Below are positions 8,859-21,290 of a DNA stretch of 64,000 bases, piece by piece. Origin of the DNA: Pseudomonadota bacterium (GTDB taxonomy: Archaea > Thermoplasmatota > SW-10-69-26 > JACQPN01 > JAJPHT01); NCBI GenBank assembly GCA_021325135.1, contig JAJPHT010000036.1, forward strand, positions 64,001 to 128,000, written 5' to 3'. The notes beneath the pieces are model-generated. The model saw only the letters and a list, made by a program, of their open reading frames with translations. It did not search any database and was not told the origin of the DNA. The number at the start of each line of letters is the position of its first letter. The first letter of the stretch is position 1. The position numbers and the translations under genes were made by a program.

Positions 8859-9768
8859 AGGCCGGGAACCCCACGCCGCCCGCAGGCGCCCCGCTGCCCC
8901 AGCAGGTCGCACGCAGGCCCGCCGTGCCCACGCCGACGATGGCGCAGCTGTGTCCCCAGCCGGAGGCCACGCCGATGGCGTTGCCCAGGCCGTAGGAGCC
9001 GCCGCCGTCGGACGCGCTGCCGTTGCACGAGACGTTGCCGGTGAGGTGGAGCACGCAGGTGACGCCCCAGTCGCCCGCCGCGATGGCGGTGGCGTCGCCC
9101 GTCGAGTCGACGACGGTCTCGCCCGACCAGTAGCCCCAGCCGCGGCAGCGCACGGTGTGGTCCTTGAAGAGGATGCACGTGTGGGACTGGCCCGCGGAGA
9201 CCTGGAGCGTGTCGGTCCCGGTGTAGTTGAACATCTGGTCCTCCTGGTCGCCCTCGCACGTGACCTGGCCCGTCTTCAGGCGCAGGCAGGTGTGCCAGCC
9301 GCCCACGGCGAGCTGCGCGACGTCGCCCAGGGAGCGCTGGATCGCCTCGCCCTGCGCGTCGTTGCCCCAGCAGTGGACGTCGCCCGCGCGGGTGAGCACG
9401 CACGCATGGAACGCGCCCAGGCCCACGTCCACGGCGTCGCCGCCGTTGTAGCCGCCCTCGGCGAAGAAGCCGTGGCAGTCCACGTTGCCGGTGATGCGCA
9501 GCACGCAGGTCTGGTCGATGCCGGTGGCGACCTTGGAGGCGTCGCCGGTGCGGTCCTCGAAGGTGGGCTCGCCCAGGTCGTTCACGCAGCGGACCCAGCC
9601 GGGCGTCTGGACGACGCAGGTGGTCCCCTCGCCGGCGGCGACCTGGGTGATGAGCGCGCGGGGGGCGTCGAGGGCGTCGGCCGCGCAGCAGGCAAGAAGG
9701 AGGGCGCACGCCAGGGCGGCGCTGAAGGTGGTTCGCAAGGTGAAGCCTCGCGCCGCACGAGCCGGCAA
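8857..9768 (-). CDS. Secreted RCC1-repeat beta-propeller protein (start uncertain)
   Basis: Repeats such as VAAGEGTTCVV, VGLGAFHACVL..VHCWG, LAVGGWHTCL, VSAGQSHTCIL..CRGWG. Confidence 0.8.
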   Translation of the reverse strand: MPARAARGFTLRTTFSAALACALLLACCAADALDAPRALITQVAAGEGTTCVVQTPGWVRCVNDLGEPTFEDRTGDASKVATGIDQTCVLRITGNVDCHGFFAEGGYNGGDAVDVGLGAFHACVLTRAGDVHCWGNDAQGEAIQRSLGDVAQLAVGGWHTCLRLKTGQVTCEGDQEDQMFNYTGTDTLQVSAGQSHTCILFKDHTVRCRGWGYWSGETVVDSTGDATAIAAGDWGVTCVLHLTGNVSCNGSASDGGGSYGLGNAIGVASGWGHSCAIVGVGTAGLRATCWGSGAPAGGVGFPA

Positions 9769-9873
9769 GGCGGGATGAACCCTCGCGTGTCACGCCTCGG
9801 GGTGATCCGTCAACGTCCTGCAGTCAAGCGTTATATTCCCCTCCCGTGGTTCGGGGCCCAGGGAGGCTTCCTC

Positions 9874-10599
9874 ATGCGCCGCGCGCTCGCCCTCGTCCTT
9901 CTCGTCGTCCTCACCCTTGGATGCACGCGGCCCGAGCCGCAGCGGGAGGACACCGCGTCCACGGACGTCGCCGCCGACGGGAGCGTCAACGCCACCGCGC
10001 AGGCGGGGCCGGTCAACGCCACGGCCGAGACGCAGGCGAACTCCAGCGCGCCGCAGGAGGACTCCGCGCCCCCGCCCGCGACCAACGGCACGGAGGAGCA
10101 GAACCAGAGCGCTCCGTGGAACGGGACGCCCCCCACCATCCCGCCCATGCCCCCCATGCCGCCGATGCCCCCGTTCCCCAACCAGACCGAGGTGCACCAC
10201 TTCGAGGGCGCGTTCGACCTCGTGCTCACCGCGGCGCCCGTGGCCGGCGGGGACCCCACCGGCTCGGACCCCGACTGCGTGGCCATCCTCTCGGACAACA
10301 GCACGCAGATCCTCGTGGGCGCCGCCAACGCGACCTGGGTCTCCACGCTGCCCACGGCGGACGCGCTGGCGCTCTCCCAGGACACGGCCGCCAACGGCAC
10401 GGCCGACGCGGAGGGCGCCTCGCCCCTGAAGCTCACGCTCAAGGGGACGATGGTGCCGCCCGCGGGCGCGAAGCAGGTGGACGTGCGCCTCGGGCTGCCC
10501 AGCGACGCGCCCGCCCTCGCGCTGAAGCAGGACGTGAAGCTGACGCTCGCCTTCGACTACACGGGGCCCGCGCCGAAGGCGCAGGCGAGCGTCTGCTGA
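9874..10599 (+). CDS. Hypothetical lipoprotein with Pro/Met-rich linker
   Basis: MRRALALVLLVVLTLGC lipobox; PPMPPMPPMPP; several N-x-T/S sequons. Confidence 0.7.
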   Translation: MRRALALVLLVVLTLGCTRPEPQREDTASTDVAADGSVNATAQAGPVNATAETQANSSAPQEDSAPPPATNGTEEQNQSAPWNGTPPTIPPMPPMPPMPPFPNQTEVHHFEGAFDLVLTAAPVAGGDPTGSDPDCVAILSDNSTQILVGAANATWVSTLPTADALALSQDTAANGTADAEGASPLKLTLKGTMVPPAGAKQVDVRLGLPSDAPALALKQDVKLTLAFDYTGPAPKAQASVC

Positions 10600-10602
10600 G
10601 CC

Positions 10603-10902
10603 TCAGAGCTGGAAGCTCTCGTCGACGAGGCAGACGTAGACGAATCCGCCGCGGCAGACCAGGATGTGGCCCGTGACGGCGCTGCCGTCGGTCTGGACCG
10701 AGGCCTCCGCGCCAAGCGTGGGGCAGTCGAAGCAGCCGGCGACGTTGCCCACGCCCGCGTGCGCGTCGACGCCGAGGCACGTCGGGCAGGACGCGGTGGG
10801 CAGCGTCGGCGTCGCGCCCACGGAGACGCCGAGGTCCTGGGACGCGGCAGCGAGGGGCGTGAGGAAGGCGAGGGCAACGAGAAGAAGGGCTGCGGTGCGC
10901 AT
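10603..10902 (-). CDS. Small secreted Cys-containing hypothetical protein
   Basis: Signal peptide, CPTC, CFDCP and two further Cys. Confidence 0.6.
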   Translation of the reverse strand: MRTAALLLVALAFLTPLAAASQDLGVSVGATPTLPTASCPTCLGVDAHAGVGNVAGCFDCPTLGAEASVQTDGSAVTGHILVCRGGFVYVCLVDESFQL

Positions 10903-10945
10903 GCACGCCCCGCAGCGGGGAAGGCGCGGAAGACGGTTCCGGTGC

Positions 10946-11263
10946 TTACTTCGCGCCGAGGCTGGACTTGAAGCCCTTGCCGGGGCGGAACTTGACCTTC
11001 GTGCTGGCGGGCTTGGGCTTCGTGATGTACTCCTCGCCCGTGAAGGGGTTCTTGGCCTTCTTGCCGCCCTTCTGCGCGGGCTTCACGGTCTTGGAGAAGA
11101 CGCCCACGCCGGTGACGGAGACGCGGTCGTTCTTCTTGAGGAGCATCGCGACGCCGTCGAAGGTCGCCTTGATGCTCTCGCGGGCCTGCTTGGGCGTGAG
11201 GCCGGTCTTCTTCGCGACGTGCTCGGCGATGTCGGTGGTCTTGGCGGTCTTGGAGGCAGCCAT
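10946..11263 (-). CDS. hup: HU family DNA-binding protein
   Basis: IAEHVAKKTGLT..DRVSVTGVGVF..KNPFTGEE..KVKFRPGK; basic; ATG at 11263. Confidence 0.92.
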   Translation of the reverse strand: MAASKTAKTTDIAEHVAKKTGLTPKQARESIKATFDGVAMLLKKNDRVSVTGVGVFSKTVKPAQKGGKKAKNPFTGEEYITKPKPASTKVKFRPGKGFKSSLGAK

Positions 11264-11402
11264 GAGTGGGATTCTCCCGACGCCCGAACGCGGCCCTCCC
11301 GTTTGAATCCCACTCCCATGCGTCGGCGCCGCGGGTTTTGCGCCGTTTTCGCGCGTCCGGGCTCCAACAAGAGCTAAGTGGCCGCCTTCGGGTCGCGCGT
11401 CC

Positions 11403-13436
11403 ATGCGCCACGCCCTCCTGGGCCTCGCCCTCGTGCTCCCCGCCCTCGCCGGATGCCTCGGCGCGTCGGTGGACCCCGCGCCCGCGCCCGTCGTGGAGAA
11501 GGTCCCCGAGGGCGCGCAGCTGGAGGCGATCCCCGGGGGCGCGCGCCTCGTCTTCGAGAAGGCGACGCTCCCCTTCGAGCGCAACGTCACGATCCCCCTG
11601 GGGACGACGCTGGTGCGGATGACGGTGCTCGCGGGGGAGAAGGACGCCGTGAGCGCGTCGATGCGCAGCGCGGACACGCAGCGGCGCCGCTGCAACTTCG
11701 ACCCCGTCGTCGCCGCGTGGGACGCCCCCACCGTGGGCAGCGCCTCGTGCTCGGGCGTCGCGGTGGTGGACCGCCTCCCGGCCACGTGGACCGTGCGCGC
11801 AGCCGGCCCCGGCCAAGGCACCGTGCAGGTGGACCTCCTGTCCACGCCTCTCGACGGGCCCCTGGCGAAGCTGGACCTCTCGCAGCTCTCGATGCGGGAC
11901 CACGAGCTGGAGCCCACCAAGGTCCAGACGGTGCCCAGCTTCGACGGCACGCCGCTGCGCGTCGAGGTCACGCTCCCCCAGGGCGCGGGCCCGTGGCCCG
12001 CGGTGATCTGGAGCAGCCCGTACAACACGGCGGACCGCGCGACGGGCAAGCCCGCGGCGTGGGACTACTTCGTCCACGACTGGGCGCAGCGCGGCTACGC
12101 GGTCGTCTCGGCCGACGTGCGCGGCTACGGCGAGAGCGGCGGCTGCGTCGAGGTCTGGGGCGCCAACGAGCAGAAGGACCAGGCGTTCCTCGTGGACTGG
12201 GTGGCGAAGCAGCCCTGGAGCGACGGCAAGGTGGGCTTCTACGGCCAGTCCTACGTCGCGACGACGCCGGTGGAGGCCGCCGTGCAGGACCCGCCCGCGC
12301 TGAAGGCCATCATCGCCGTGGCGCCGGTGGTCAACGCCTACGACGACTGGCACTTCGGCGGCGTCCCCAACGGCGAGGGCATGGGGAGCGCCATCTCCTA
12401 CGACCAGCTTGGCACGCAGGCGGAGCAAAACTTCGGCGACCCCTTGAGCACGGCGCTCAACGCGGCCAACGGCGTGTGCGACCCCACCGTGCTGGCCCGC
12501 GCCTCGGACCCGCGCGCCGTGTACGACGACTTCTACGCCCTCCGCAACTTCAGCGTCCCCGCGTCGAAGATCCAGGCCGCGGTGCTCTACACCCACGGCT
12601 TCGAGGACAGCAACGTCAAGGCGCAGATGATCCCCGACTGGTTCAACGCCATCACCGCGCCCAAGCTGGGCCTCTTCGGCCACTGGGTGCACCAGCACCC
12701 CGCGCGCGCCGACGACGAGGCGCTCATGCTCCTCTGGCTCGACCAATACGTCAAGGGCAAGCCCGTGGGCTTCGAGAAGCTGCCCGCCGCCCTCGTGCTG
12801 GACAGCGACGGGCGCGAGCGCGAGGCCAGCCAGTGGCCCGACCCTGCGGCGGCGGACGCCGTGCTCGCCACGGACCCCGCGGGCGGGAAGCTGGGCGGCG
12901 CGGCGGGCTCCGGCAGCGCGAGCATCCTCCTGGACACCACGGAGGGCATCCAGAACGTGCAGCCCCCCGCGGCGCGCCTGGGGCTCGCCCCCCTGCCGGT
13001 GCCCACCTCGCTGACGCTGACCTCCGCGCCCCTCGCGCAGGACGTGCGCCTCTCGGGGAACGGCGTCGTGCGCCTCGCGGTCCACCTCACCGGCGCGGAC
13101 AACGCCTACGTCGCCGCGTACCTGCGCGAGACCGACGCCAACGGCACGCGCCTCGTGACGTTCGGCATGTTCAACCTCGCGCACCGCCACGGCCACGACC
13201 AGTACGACCCCGTGCAGCCCGGCGAGACGGTGCAGGTCCCGCTGCCGCTGCTGCCCACCGAGCACGTCTTCCACGCGGGCGCGACGCTCTCGCTGGAGCT
13301 TCGCGGCGCGCGCGTCGTGGACTGGGACGCGGGGCAGCCCGGGGAGCCGGGCCTCCTGGAGATCCTCCCGCAGACGGCCCTCGCCCTGCCGGAGGCGCCC
13401 GCCGCGGGCCCCGCGCCGCTCACCGCCACGCGTTGA
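11403..13436 (+). CDS. CocE/NonD (peptidase S15) family hydrolase, lipoprotein
   Basis: Lipobox LAGC; SFDGTPLR, SPY, DVRGYGESGG, QPWSDGKVGFYGQSY, PALKAI. Confidence 0.9.
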   Translation: MRHALLGLALVLPALAGCLGASVDPAPAPVVEKVPEGAQLEAIPGGARLVFEKATLPFERNVTIPLGTTLVRMTVLAGEKDAVSASMRSADTQRRRCNFDPVVAAWDAPTVGSASCSGVAVVDRLPATWTVRAAGPGQGTVQVDLLSTPLDGPLAKLDLSQLSMRDHELEPTKVQTVPSFDGTPLRVEVTLPQGAGPWPAVIWSSPYNTADRATGKPAAWDYFVHDWAQRGYAVVSADVRGYGESGGCVEVWGANEQKDQAFLVDWVAKQPWSDGKVGFYGQSYVATTPVEAAVQDPPALKAIIAVAPVVNAYDDWHFGGVPNGEGMGSAISYDQLGTQAEQNFGDPLSTALNAANGVCDPTVLARASDPRAVYDDFYALRNFSVPASKIQAAVLYTHGFEDSNVKAQMIPDWFNAITAPKLGLFGHWVHQHPARADDEALMLLWLDQYVKGKPVGFEKLPAALVLDSDGREREASQWPDPAAADAVLATDPAGGKLGGAAGSGSASILLDTTEGIQNVQPPAARLGLAPLPVPTSLTLTSAPLAQDVRLSGNGVVRLAVHLTGADNAYVAAYLRETDANGTRLVTFGMFNLAHRHGHDQYDPVQPGETVQVPLPLLPTEHVFHAGATLSLELRGARVVDWDAGQPGEPGLLEILPQTALALPEAPAAGPAPLTATR

Positions 13437-13480
13437 CGCGTTCCGATCGGTTGAAGCTGCGCCGTCCAGGTCCGACGGCC

Positions 13481-13942
13481 ATGAGCACGCCGCTTGCGCC
13501 CCCGCCCCCGACGATGCACCCCGAGCCCGTGGCCTCCGCGCCCGCCGCGCGCCCCGTGGGCGTCAGCATCCTCGCGGTCGTCGCCTTCATCGCCGCGGGC
13601 GCCGCGGTCCTCTTCGCGCTGGGCGCCGTCCTCTTCGGCGCGATGATCGGCTCCCTGGTGGGCCAGCGCGGCGGCGCCGCCATGGGCACGGCCATCGGCA
13701 TGATGATCGCCTTCAGCGCGCTCGCCTTCGCCGCCGTCTCGGGGCTGACCGGCTACGGCCTCTGGAACGCCCGCTCGTGGGGCTGGGTCCTGGGCCTCGT
13801 GTGGGGCGGGCTCTGGGCGCTGGGCGGCGCGCTGCGCTTCCTGGGCCGCGACGCCAGCGGCATCGTCGGCCTCGCGCTGGGCGGCGCCATCCTCTGGTAC
13901 CTCCTCCAGCCGGGCGTCAAGGGCTGGTTCGGCCGCGCGTGA
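13481..13942 (+). CDS. Four-TM membrane protein
   Basis: RPVGVSILA..GYGLWNARSWGW..WYLLQPGVKGWFG; 3' part of ORF 11378..13942. Confidence 0.75.
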   Translation: MSTPLAPPPPTMHPEPVASAPAARPVGVSILAVVAFIAAGAAVLFALGAVLFGAMIGSLVGQRGGAAMGTAIGMMIAFSALAFAAVSGLTGYGLWNARSWGWVLGLVWGGLWALGGALRFLGRDASGIVGLALGGAILWYLLQPGVKGWFGRA

Positions 13943-14792
13943 GGCGCCGCGACATCTCGCGCGCGAGGCGCGGGCTCGCCAGCGCGGTGCCGTGGCCGTG
14001 CCCCGCCGCGGGGATCGCCTCGCCGCCCCACTTCGAGCGCCAGCGCTCCTGCCAGGCGGGGGGCACCACCGCGTCGTGGGGCGGCACGGCGAACGCGGAG
14101 GGGGCCTTCGGCGCGGGGAGCGACGAGGGCGAGATGGGGGCGAAGGCCTCCTCGACGCGCGCCAGGTCGTACCCGTGCGCCGCCAGCGTGGCGCGGCGCG
14201 CGGCGCGGCTCTCGCCGGTGCCGTAGAACGACGCGGGGTTGTCCACCGCCGCGCAGAAGGCGAGCGCGTCGAAGGGCGCGCCCTGCGCCGCCGCGAGCCC
14301 GAGCCCCAGGGCGCCCAGCGAGAGGCCCATGCCGGCGACGCGCTGCGCGCCGCGCTCCTCGCGCAGCCAGCGCGCGGCGCCCGCCGCCTGCGCCGCCGCG
14401 TCCAGGAACGCGCGCTGCGTCTCGCCCAGGTCCGCGCGCACGAAGCCCCACCCGCTGGGCCTGCCCGGCAGCGCCCGCGGGCCGTGGTAGGGCAGCGCGA
14501 GGAGCACGACGCCGAAGCCCTCCCGGCGCAGCGCCGCCAGGTGGATACCGTAGAGGCCCGGCTCGCCCCGGCGGCCCAGCGCGCCGTAGGGCGGCGACAG
14601 CACGCACCACGCGCGGGAGCCCTGCGGCGGCTCGCGCAGCAGGGTCGGCGCCTCGCGCGACGCGCGCACGAGGGCGAGGCGCTCGTCCACCTCCGCGCGC
14701 TCCAGAGGAGGACCGAACGGATCGCCCGAGGCGTCGAGCCCCTTTCCGCGGGAGAGGAGGCGGTCCACGCCGCGGCCCACCCACGGGATCAT
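13917..14792 (-). CDS. Alpha/beta hydrolase
   Basis: LPYHGPR, GLSLG nucleophile elbow, DAVVP, GHGH. Confidence 0.8.
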   Translation of the reverse strand: MIPWVGRGVDRLLSRGKGLDASGDPFGPPLERAEVDERLALVRASREAPTLLREPPQGSRAWCVLSPPYGALGRRGEPGLYGIHLAALRREGFGVVLLALPYHGPRALPGRPSGWGFVRADLGETQRAFLDAAAQAAGAARWLREERGAQRVAGMGLSLGALGLGLAAAQGAPFDALAFCAAVDNPASFYGTGESRAARRATLAAHGYDLARVEEAFAPISPSSLPAPKAPSAFAVPPHDAVVPPAWQERWRSKWGGEAIPAAGHGHGTALASPRLAREMSRRLTRGRTSP

Positions 14793-14833
14793 GGCGCGCC
14801 CAGCCGCGTCGCGCCGAATAAGGGTGACCGCGC

Positions 14834-15763
14834 TCAGCGCGCCCAGCGGCGGGCGACGAGGGCCACCGCGACGACACCCAGCGCGACGAGGCCGAGGCCC
14901 GGCGCGGGGACGCGGTGCTCCAGCGACTGGAGGTCCTGGGGCGGGTCGGAGGGGGAGCCCGAGCCCGGGAGGACGAGGAACGAGCGCGAGCCCGAGTCGC
15001 CGCGGAGGTTCCCGTCGAGGGCGTAGGACGAGGTCCAATGCACCGTGACGCGCTCGATGCCCGTTGCCGTCGAGCCGGGGGCGCGCTGGACGACGAAGGG
15101 GATCACCTGCGCGGTCTGCGTGCCGCCGGCCTGGCGGCTCTGGAGGATCACGGGCGCGGGGAAGGGCGCCACGACGTCGTCCCCCGACACCGTCGTCTCG
15201 AAGGAGACCTTCGTGTTGGCGTTGCCCAGGTTCACGACCTTGATGGGGACCGTGGCGATGCCGCCCGCGGGCACCGCGACCTGGCCCACCGGCGCGTCGA
15301 CCACGACGACGGAGAAGTAGTCGGCCGCGATGGGGAACTCGACCTGGCCCGTGCCGGTCGCGTGCGCGGCGGAGTCGGCCCGCGCCGCGATCTGGATGAA
15401 GGTGTTCACGAACGCGGGGGCCATGTCGGTGGTGGAGACGGAGACGGTGGCGGGGAGGTCCGCCTCGCCCTCCTGGAGGCACGTCGTCGAGTCCAGCGAG
15501 GCCGTCGCGGGGGAGACGTGGACGGCGGCCCACGCAGGCGCGCGGGTCACGGAGAGGGCCAGGGAGATGGGCTGACCGACGTAGGTCGCGTCGCAGGCGA
15601 CCCGCACCGTCATGGGGATCTCGGTCGCGGGGCCCAAGGGCACGATGGGGTCGGGGGGAGGGCGGATCGTCATCGTCACGGTCCCCGAGGAGAGGAACGC
15701 CTGCGCGTCCGCAAGAGGGGCCAGCGCGGAAACCAGGAGGGCAAGAAGGACGAAGGCTCGCAC
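14834..15763 (-). CDS. Cell-surface Ig-like protein with C-terminal PAPG-TM-Arg anchor (paralog of 20343..21194)
   Basis: Signal peptide from GTG 15763; [19 protein letters not shown]; ends [25 protein letters not shown]. Confidence 0.75.
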   Translation of the reverse strand: MRAFVLLALLVSALAPLADAQAFLSSGTVTMTIRPPPDPIVPLGPATEIPMTVRVACDATYVGQPISLALSVTRAPAWAAVHVSPATASLDSTTCLQEGEADLPATVSVSTTDMAPAFVNTFIQIAARADSAAHATGTGQVEFPIAADYFSVVVVDAPVGQVAVPAGGIATVPIKVVNLGNANTKVSFETTVSGDDVVAPFPAPVILQSRQAGGTQTAQVIPFVVQRAPGSTATGIERVTVHWTSSYALDGNLRGDSGSRSFLVLPGSGSPSDPPQDLQSLEHRVPAPGLGLVALGVVAVALVARRWAR

Positions 15764-15850
15764 GGGGCGCCCTCCGCAGGCGCGGCCATCAAGCTTCCCG
15801 ATGCGTTGCTTGAGGGTGCCCTTATGCGCGCGCGTCGCGCTCCCGAGGCC

Positions 15851-17784
<1,934 letters not shown>

Positions 17785-17788
<4 letters not shown>

Positions 17789-18345
17789 GGCAGCTCCGTC
17801 GCGACCACCAGCGGCCCGGGCGCGGCCTCGTGGGCGTGCGCGGGATCGGACGCCGCGAGCAGGAGGCAGACCGTGACGTAGAGGACGCAATTGGCGCCCG
17901 CCGGGCACGCGCCCGCGTTGACGTCGCAATTTCCCGCGCACGTGCCCGCGTTCACGAGGCACGTGCCCCCCGCGAGGCAGACGTTCAGGTTGATCTCGCA
18001 GTGCGAGCCGAAGTTGCAGCCCATGGCGCCGCGCCCGACGTTCACGAGGCAGTCCGAGTTGCACCAGTCGACCGACACGGTGCAGGAGCCGTGGTCGTTG
18101 CACGTGCCGCTGACCTGGACGAGGCAGCTTCCGAGGCACGTGCCCACGACGATCGTGCACGAGGCCGGGCACGTCCCCGAGCAGGAGTCGCAGTCCCCGA
18201 CGGCGACGAGGCAGGTTCCACTGCAGCCTTGGGTGCCGCCGACCTGGACCAGGCAGCTGGCGCTCGCGCTGGGCGAAGCGACCAGGCTGACGCCGCCGGT
18301 CAGGAGGAGGGAAATCACGAGCAGGTGAAGGGTGCGGGTTTGCAT
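17785..18345 (-). CDS. Secreted Cys-rich repeat protein (22 Cys, C-x-V-x-V-G-x-C repeats)
   Basis: Signal peptide [18 protein letters not shown] followed by about 10 repeats; 3' part of ORF 17785..19002. Confidence 0.75.
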
Positions 18346-18460
18346 GCGAGTCTGGATCTCCAGGCGGGGACCTTCCCGCCGGACGTGGAGCATGAGCTGG
18401 GCGAGCTTCAGCTTGTTAGGCACCCGGCTTCCCGCGGAAGCCTGAAGCGTCCTGCGCCGG

Positions 18461-19030
18461 ATGCGATCCTCCGTGGCGCTGCGCGTCGAGCCCATCGGCC
18501 CCTCCTCCTGGCCTGATATCGAGCGCCTCTTCGGCCCCAGGGGAGCGTGCGCCGGCTGCTGGTGCATGTTCTGGCGCGAGGAGAGGGGCGAGAGGGTGCG
18601 CGACGCGGCCGCGAAGCGGCGCTTCCGCGCGCTCGTGGAGTCCGGCGAGGCGCGCGGCCTCCTGGCGTTCGACGAGGCGGGCGAGCCCGTGGGCTGGGCC
18701 GCGCTGGGGAGGAAGTCGGAGTTCCCGCGCCTGGCCCGCTCGCCCTCGCTTCGCACCGAGGACGACCCCGTCGCGGTGCCCTGCTTCTTCGTGAAGCCGG
18801 GCCTGCGCGGGCAGGGCGTCGCGACGGCGCTGCTGCGCGGCGCGATGGAGGCCGTGCGCCGCGACGGCGGAGGCAGGCTGGAGGCGTACCCCGTGAAGGG
18901 CGAGAGGCTGGCCAACGCCTTCGCGTGGACCGGCGTGCGCCCCATGTTCGAGCGCGAAGGGTTCCGCCTCGCGGGCGAGGAGCGCAAGGGGAAGGTGCGC
19001 ATGCGCAGGAGCGTGCGCGGCCGTGGCTGA
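18461..19030 (+). CDS. GNAT family acetyltransferase
   Basis: GCWCMFWR, PVGW, CFFVKPGLRGQGVATALL, LEAYP. Confidence 0.88.
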   Translation: MRSSVALRVEPIGPSSWPDIERLFGPRGACAGCWCMFWREERGERVRDAAAKRRFRALVESGEARGLLAFDEAGEPVGWAALGRKSEFPRLARSPSLRTEDDPVAVPCFFVKPGLRGQGVATALLRGAMEAVRRDGGGRLEAYPVKGERLANAFAWTGVRPMFEREGFRLAGEERKGKVRMRRSVRGRG

Positions 19031-19901
19031 CCCCCGGCGCCGGAACCCCAAGGATCGCGGCGGCGCGTGGTTCGTGGACTCGACGTGCATCGACTGCGAC
19101 GCGGCGCGCCAGCTGGCGCCCGGCCTCATCGAGGCGGACGCGGAGGGCCTCTCCCACTTCACGCGCGAGCCGCGGGGGCCCGAGGAGGAGCGCGCCGCGT
19201 GGCTGGCCCTCCTGGCGTGCCCCACCGCCAGCATCGGCGCTCCGCGCGGCGCTGTGCCCCCCGAAGGCCTCTACCCGCACGAGGTCGCGCCGGGCGTCTT
19301 CCTCACGGGGTACCTCTCCGAGCGCTCCTTCGGCGCCAGCAGCTACTTCGTGCCGCGCCCCGGGGGCAACCTCCTCGTGGACGCGCCGCGCTGGTCGACG
19401 CGCCTCGCGGAGGCCCTCCGCGCGCGGGGCGGCATCGCGCACGTCCTGCTCACGCACCGCGACGACGTGGCCGACTTCGCGCGCTACGCCAAGGCGTTCG
19501 GCGCGCGGACCTGGATCCACGAGACCGACCGCCGCGCGGCTCCCTCGGCCACGGACCTGCTGCGCGGGGAGCGGGAGATCGCGCCGGGCGTGCGCGCCAT
19601 TCCCGTGCCGGGCCACACGCGCGGGAGCGTCTGCTTCCTCGTGGACGACCGCTTCCTCTTCAGCGGCGACTCGGTGCACTGGAGCCGCGAGCTGGGCGAC
19701 CTCAACGTCTCGCCCGACTTCACCTGGTTCTCCTTCGAGGAGCAGACGCGCTCGCTGGAGCGCCTCGCGCGGGCCGCGTCCTTCGAGTGGGTGCTCCCCG
19801 GCCACGGCGGACCGGGGCGCGCGCCGCCCGGAGAGATGAGGGAGCGCCTCCTCGCGCTGGTGGAGCGGATGCGCGCGGGCCAGGTCCGCGAGGCGTGGTA
19901 G
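19023..19901 (+). CDS. MBL-fold metallo-hydrolase with N-terminal ferredoxin domain
   Basis: TCIDCDAAR..ACPTASIG; THRDDVAD, PGHTRGS, FSGD, VLPGHG. Confidence 0.9.
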   Translation: MADPRRRNPKDRGGAWFVDSTCIDCDAARQLAPGLIEADAEGLSHFTREPRGPEEERAAWLALLACPTASIGAPRGAVPPEGLYPHEVAPGVFLTGYLSERSFGASSYFVPRPGGNLLVDAPRWSTRLAEALRARGGIAHVLLTHRDDVADFARYAKAFGARTWIHETDRRAAPSATDLLRGEREIAPGVRAIPVPGHTRGSVCFLVDDRFLFSGDSVHWSRELGDLNVSPDFTWFSFEEQTRSLERLARAASFEWVLPGHGGPGRAPPGEMRERLLALVERMRAGQVREAW

Positions 19902-20309
19902 CTACCGGGAGCGCCCCGCCCGGCGCGCGGCGGCGCGCGTGGCGGCCCGGCCCGACGGGCGCGGCGCGGGGAGGAGGAGCGGGACGAGCGCGCACAGGAT
20001 CAGGGCCAGGCCCACGATCGTCTGCCCGACGAGGTAGGCGATCCCCGAGCCCGCGAGCCACGGGTGCCCCGCCAGCCACGCGCCCAGGACGATGATCTCC
20101 AGCGCGAGCGCGACGACGCTGGTGGCGCCCGGCCGGCTCGCGCGCCAGGCGAGGAACGCGGCGACCAGCCCCGCGAGGACGGCGCTGAGGCCCCAGGCGT
20201 CCCACACGAGGAGGACGATGGGCAGGAGGGCGCCCGCGATGCCCAGGACCATCGCGGTGACGAACCATCCGGGGGAGGCGCGCGCCATGGGGCGCGTCTG
20301 GCGCGCCAC
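19902..20309 (-). CDS. Hypothetical membrane protein
   Basis: About four hydrophobic segments. Confidence 0.55.
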   Translation of the reverse strand: MARQTRPMARASPGWFVTAMVLGIAGALLPIVLLVWDAWGLSAVLAGLVAAFLAWRASRPGATSVVALALEIIVLGAWLAGHPWLAGSGIAYLVGQTIVGLALILCALVPLLLPAPRPSGRAATRAAARRAGRSR

Positions 20310-20342
20310 GGGGAAATCCCTTCTCGCCCCGTGGGGGATGCG

Positions 20343-21194
20343 CTAGCGGGCGCGGCGCGCCAGGAGGACCGCCGCGACCAGGAGCGGCGCCAGGGCCAGC
20401 GCGCCTCCCGGGCTGGGCGCGTCGAAGCCCCGCACGCGCGCCGTGAGCGTGAAGGTCGTCTCGTTGCTGGCGCCGCCCGCGGCCGAGGTGGCGTTGATCC
20501 ACACGGGGATCACGGCGTCGCCACGCACGAAACCGAAGCGGTGCGGCGTCTGCACGACGACGTTCACCGTGCCCTGCGTCACGAGGCCGCCCGCCTGCGC
20601 GGACTGGAGCGTAAGGGGCGGCGGCGCGAGGACGACCCACCCCTCCGGCGCGGCGCCCACCTCGATGGTCACGCGTGTGAGGGCGTTGCCGAGGTTGCTC
20701 ACGCGCAGCGGGAACGCGAGGATGGACTGCGGCGGGCCCTCGGCGACCGAGCGGTCGGCCGACGCGTCCACGAGGACGAAGGGCTGCGCGACGAGGGTGA
20801 TGGAGGTCGAGGCGGACTGCCCGCGCAGCGTGGCGACGAGCCCCACCTGCGCGGCGGCCAGGGCGGGCGCGCGGTCGGTGAGGCGGAGGGTGAGGTTGAC
20901 GGAGGCGACCTGGGGGTCCGCGCCGCAGGGCCCGACGCGGAACGCGGTGTCGTTGGCGTCCACGACCAGCCACGCGGGCGCGCCCTCGACATGCACGTCC
21001 CCCTCCTGCGCCGTGCCGTTGGGAAGGAGCGAGCAGGGCGCCGTCACCTTGACGGGGACGGTGAGGTTCACGAGGACCGGCTGCGCGCCCTCGGGGGACT
21101 GCGCCTCGACGGAGAACCGCTCCTGCGCGACCGCCGAAGGCGCGGCCATCGCGAGCAGGAGGCCCGCCAGGAGGAGCGCCCTCGCCGCGCGCAT
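20343..21194 (-). CDS. Cell-surface Ig-like protein with C-terminal PSPG-TM-Arg anchor (paralog of 14834..15763)
   Basis: Signal peptide; VSNLGNALTRV..LQSAQAGG; ends APSPGGALALAPLLVAAVLLARRAR. Confidence 0.75.
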   Translation of the reverse strand: MRAARALLLAGLLLAMAAPSAVAQERFSVEAQSPEGAQPVLVNLTVPVKVTAPCSLLPNGTAQEGDVHVEGAPAWLVVDANDTAFRVGPCGADPQVASVNLTLRLTDRAPALAAAQVGLVATLRGQSASTSITLVAQPFVLVDASADRSVAEGPPQSILAFPLRVSNLGNALTRVTIEVGAAPEGWVVLAPPPLTLQSAQAGGLVTQGTVNVVVQTPHRFGFVRGDAVIPVWINATSAAGGASNETTFTLTARVRGFDAPSPGGALALAPLLVAAVLLARRAR

Positions 21195-21290
21195 GCGCTG
21201 GCAGCGCGCCCCGGGCCGGATCAAGCTTTCCAGATTCGTCGGCCAGAACGCGTAAGCGGGCGCGGGCGCCCAGCTTGCCAAGGTGTGACG

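Noticed and set aside
10135-10173. 9-bp tandem repeat (cccatgccc/g)
   Set aside because: It simply encodes the PPM linker of a lipoprotein.
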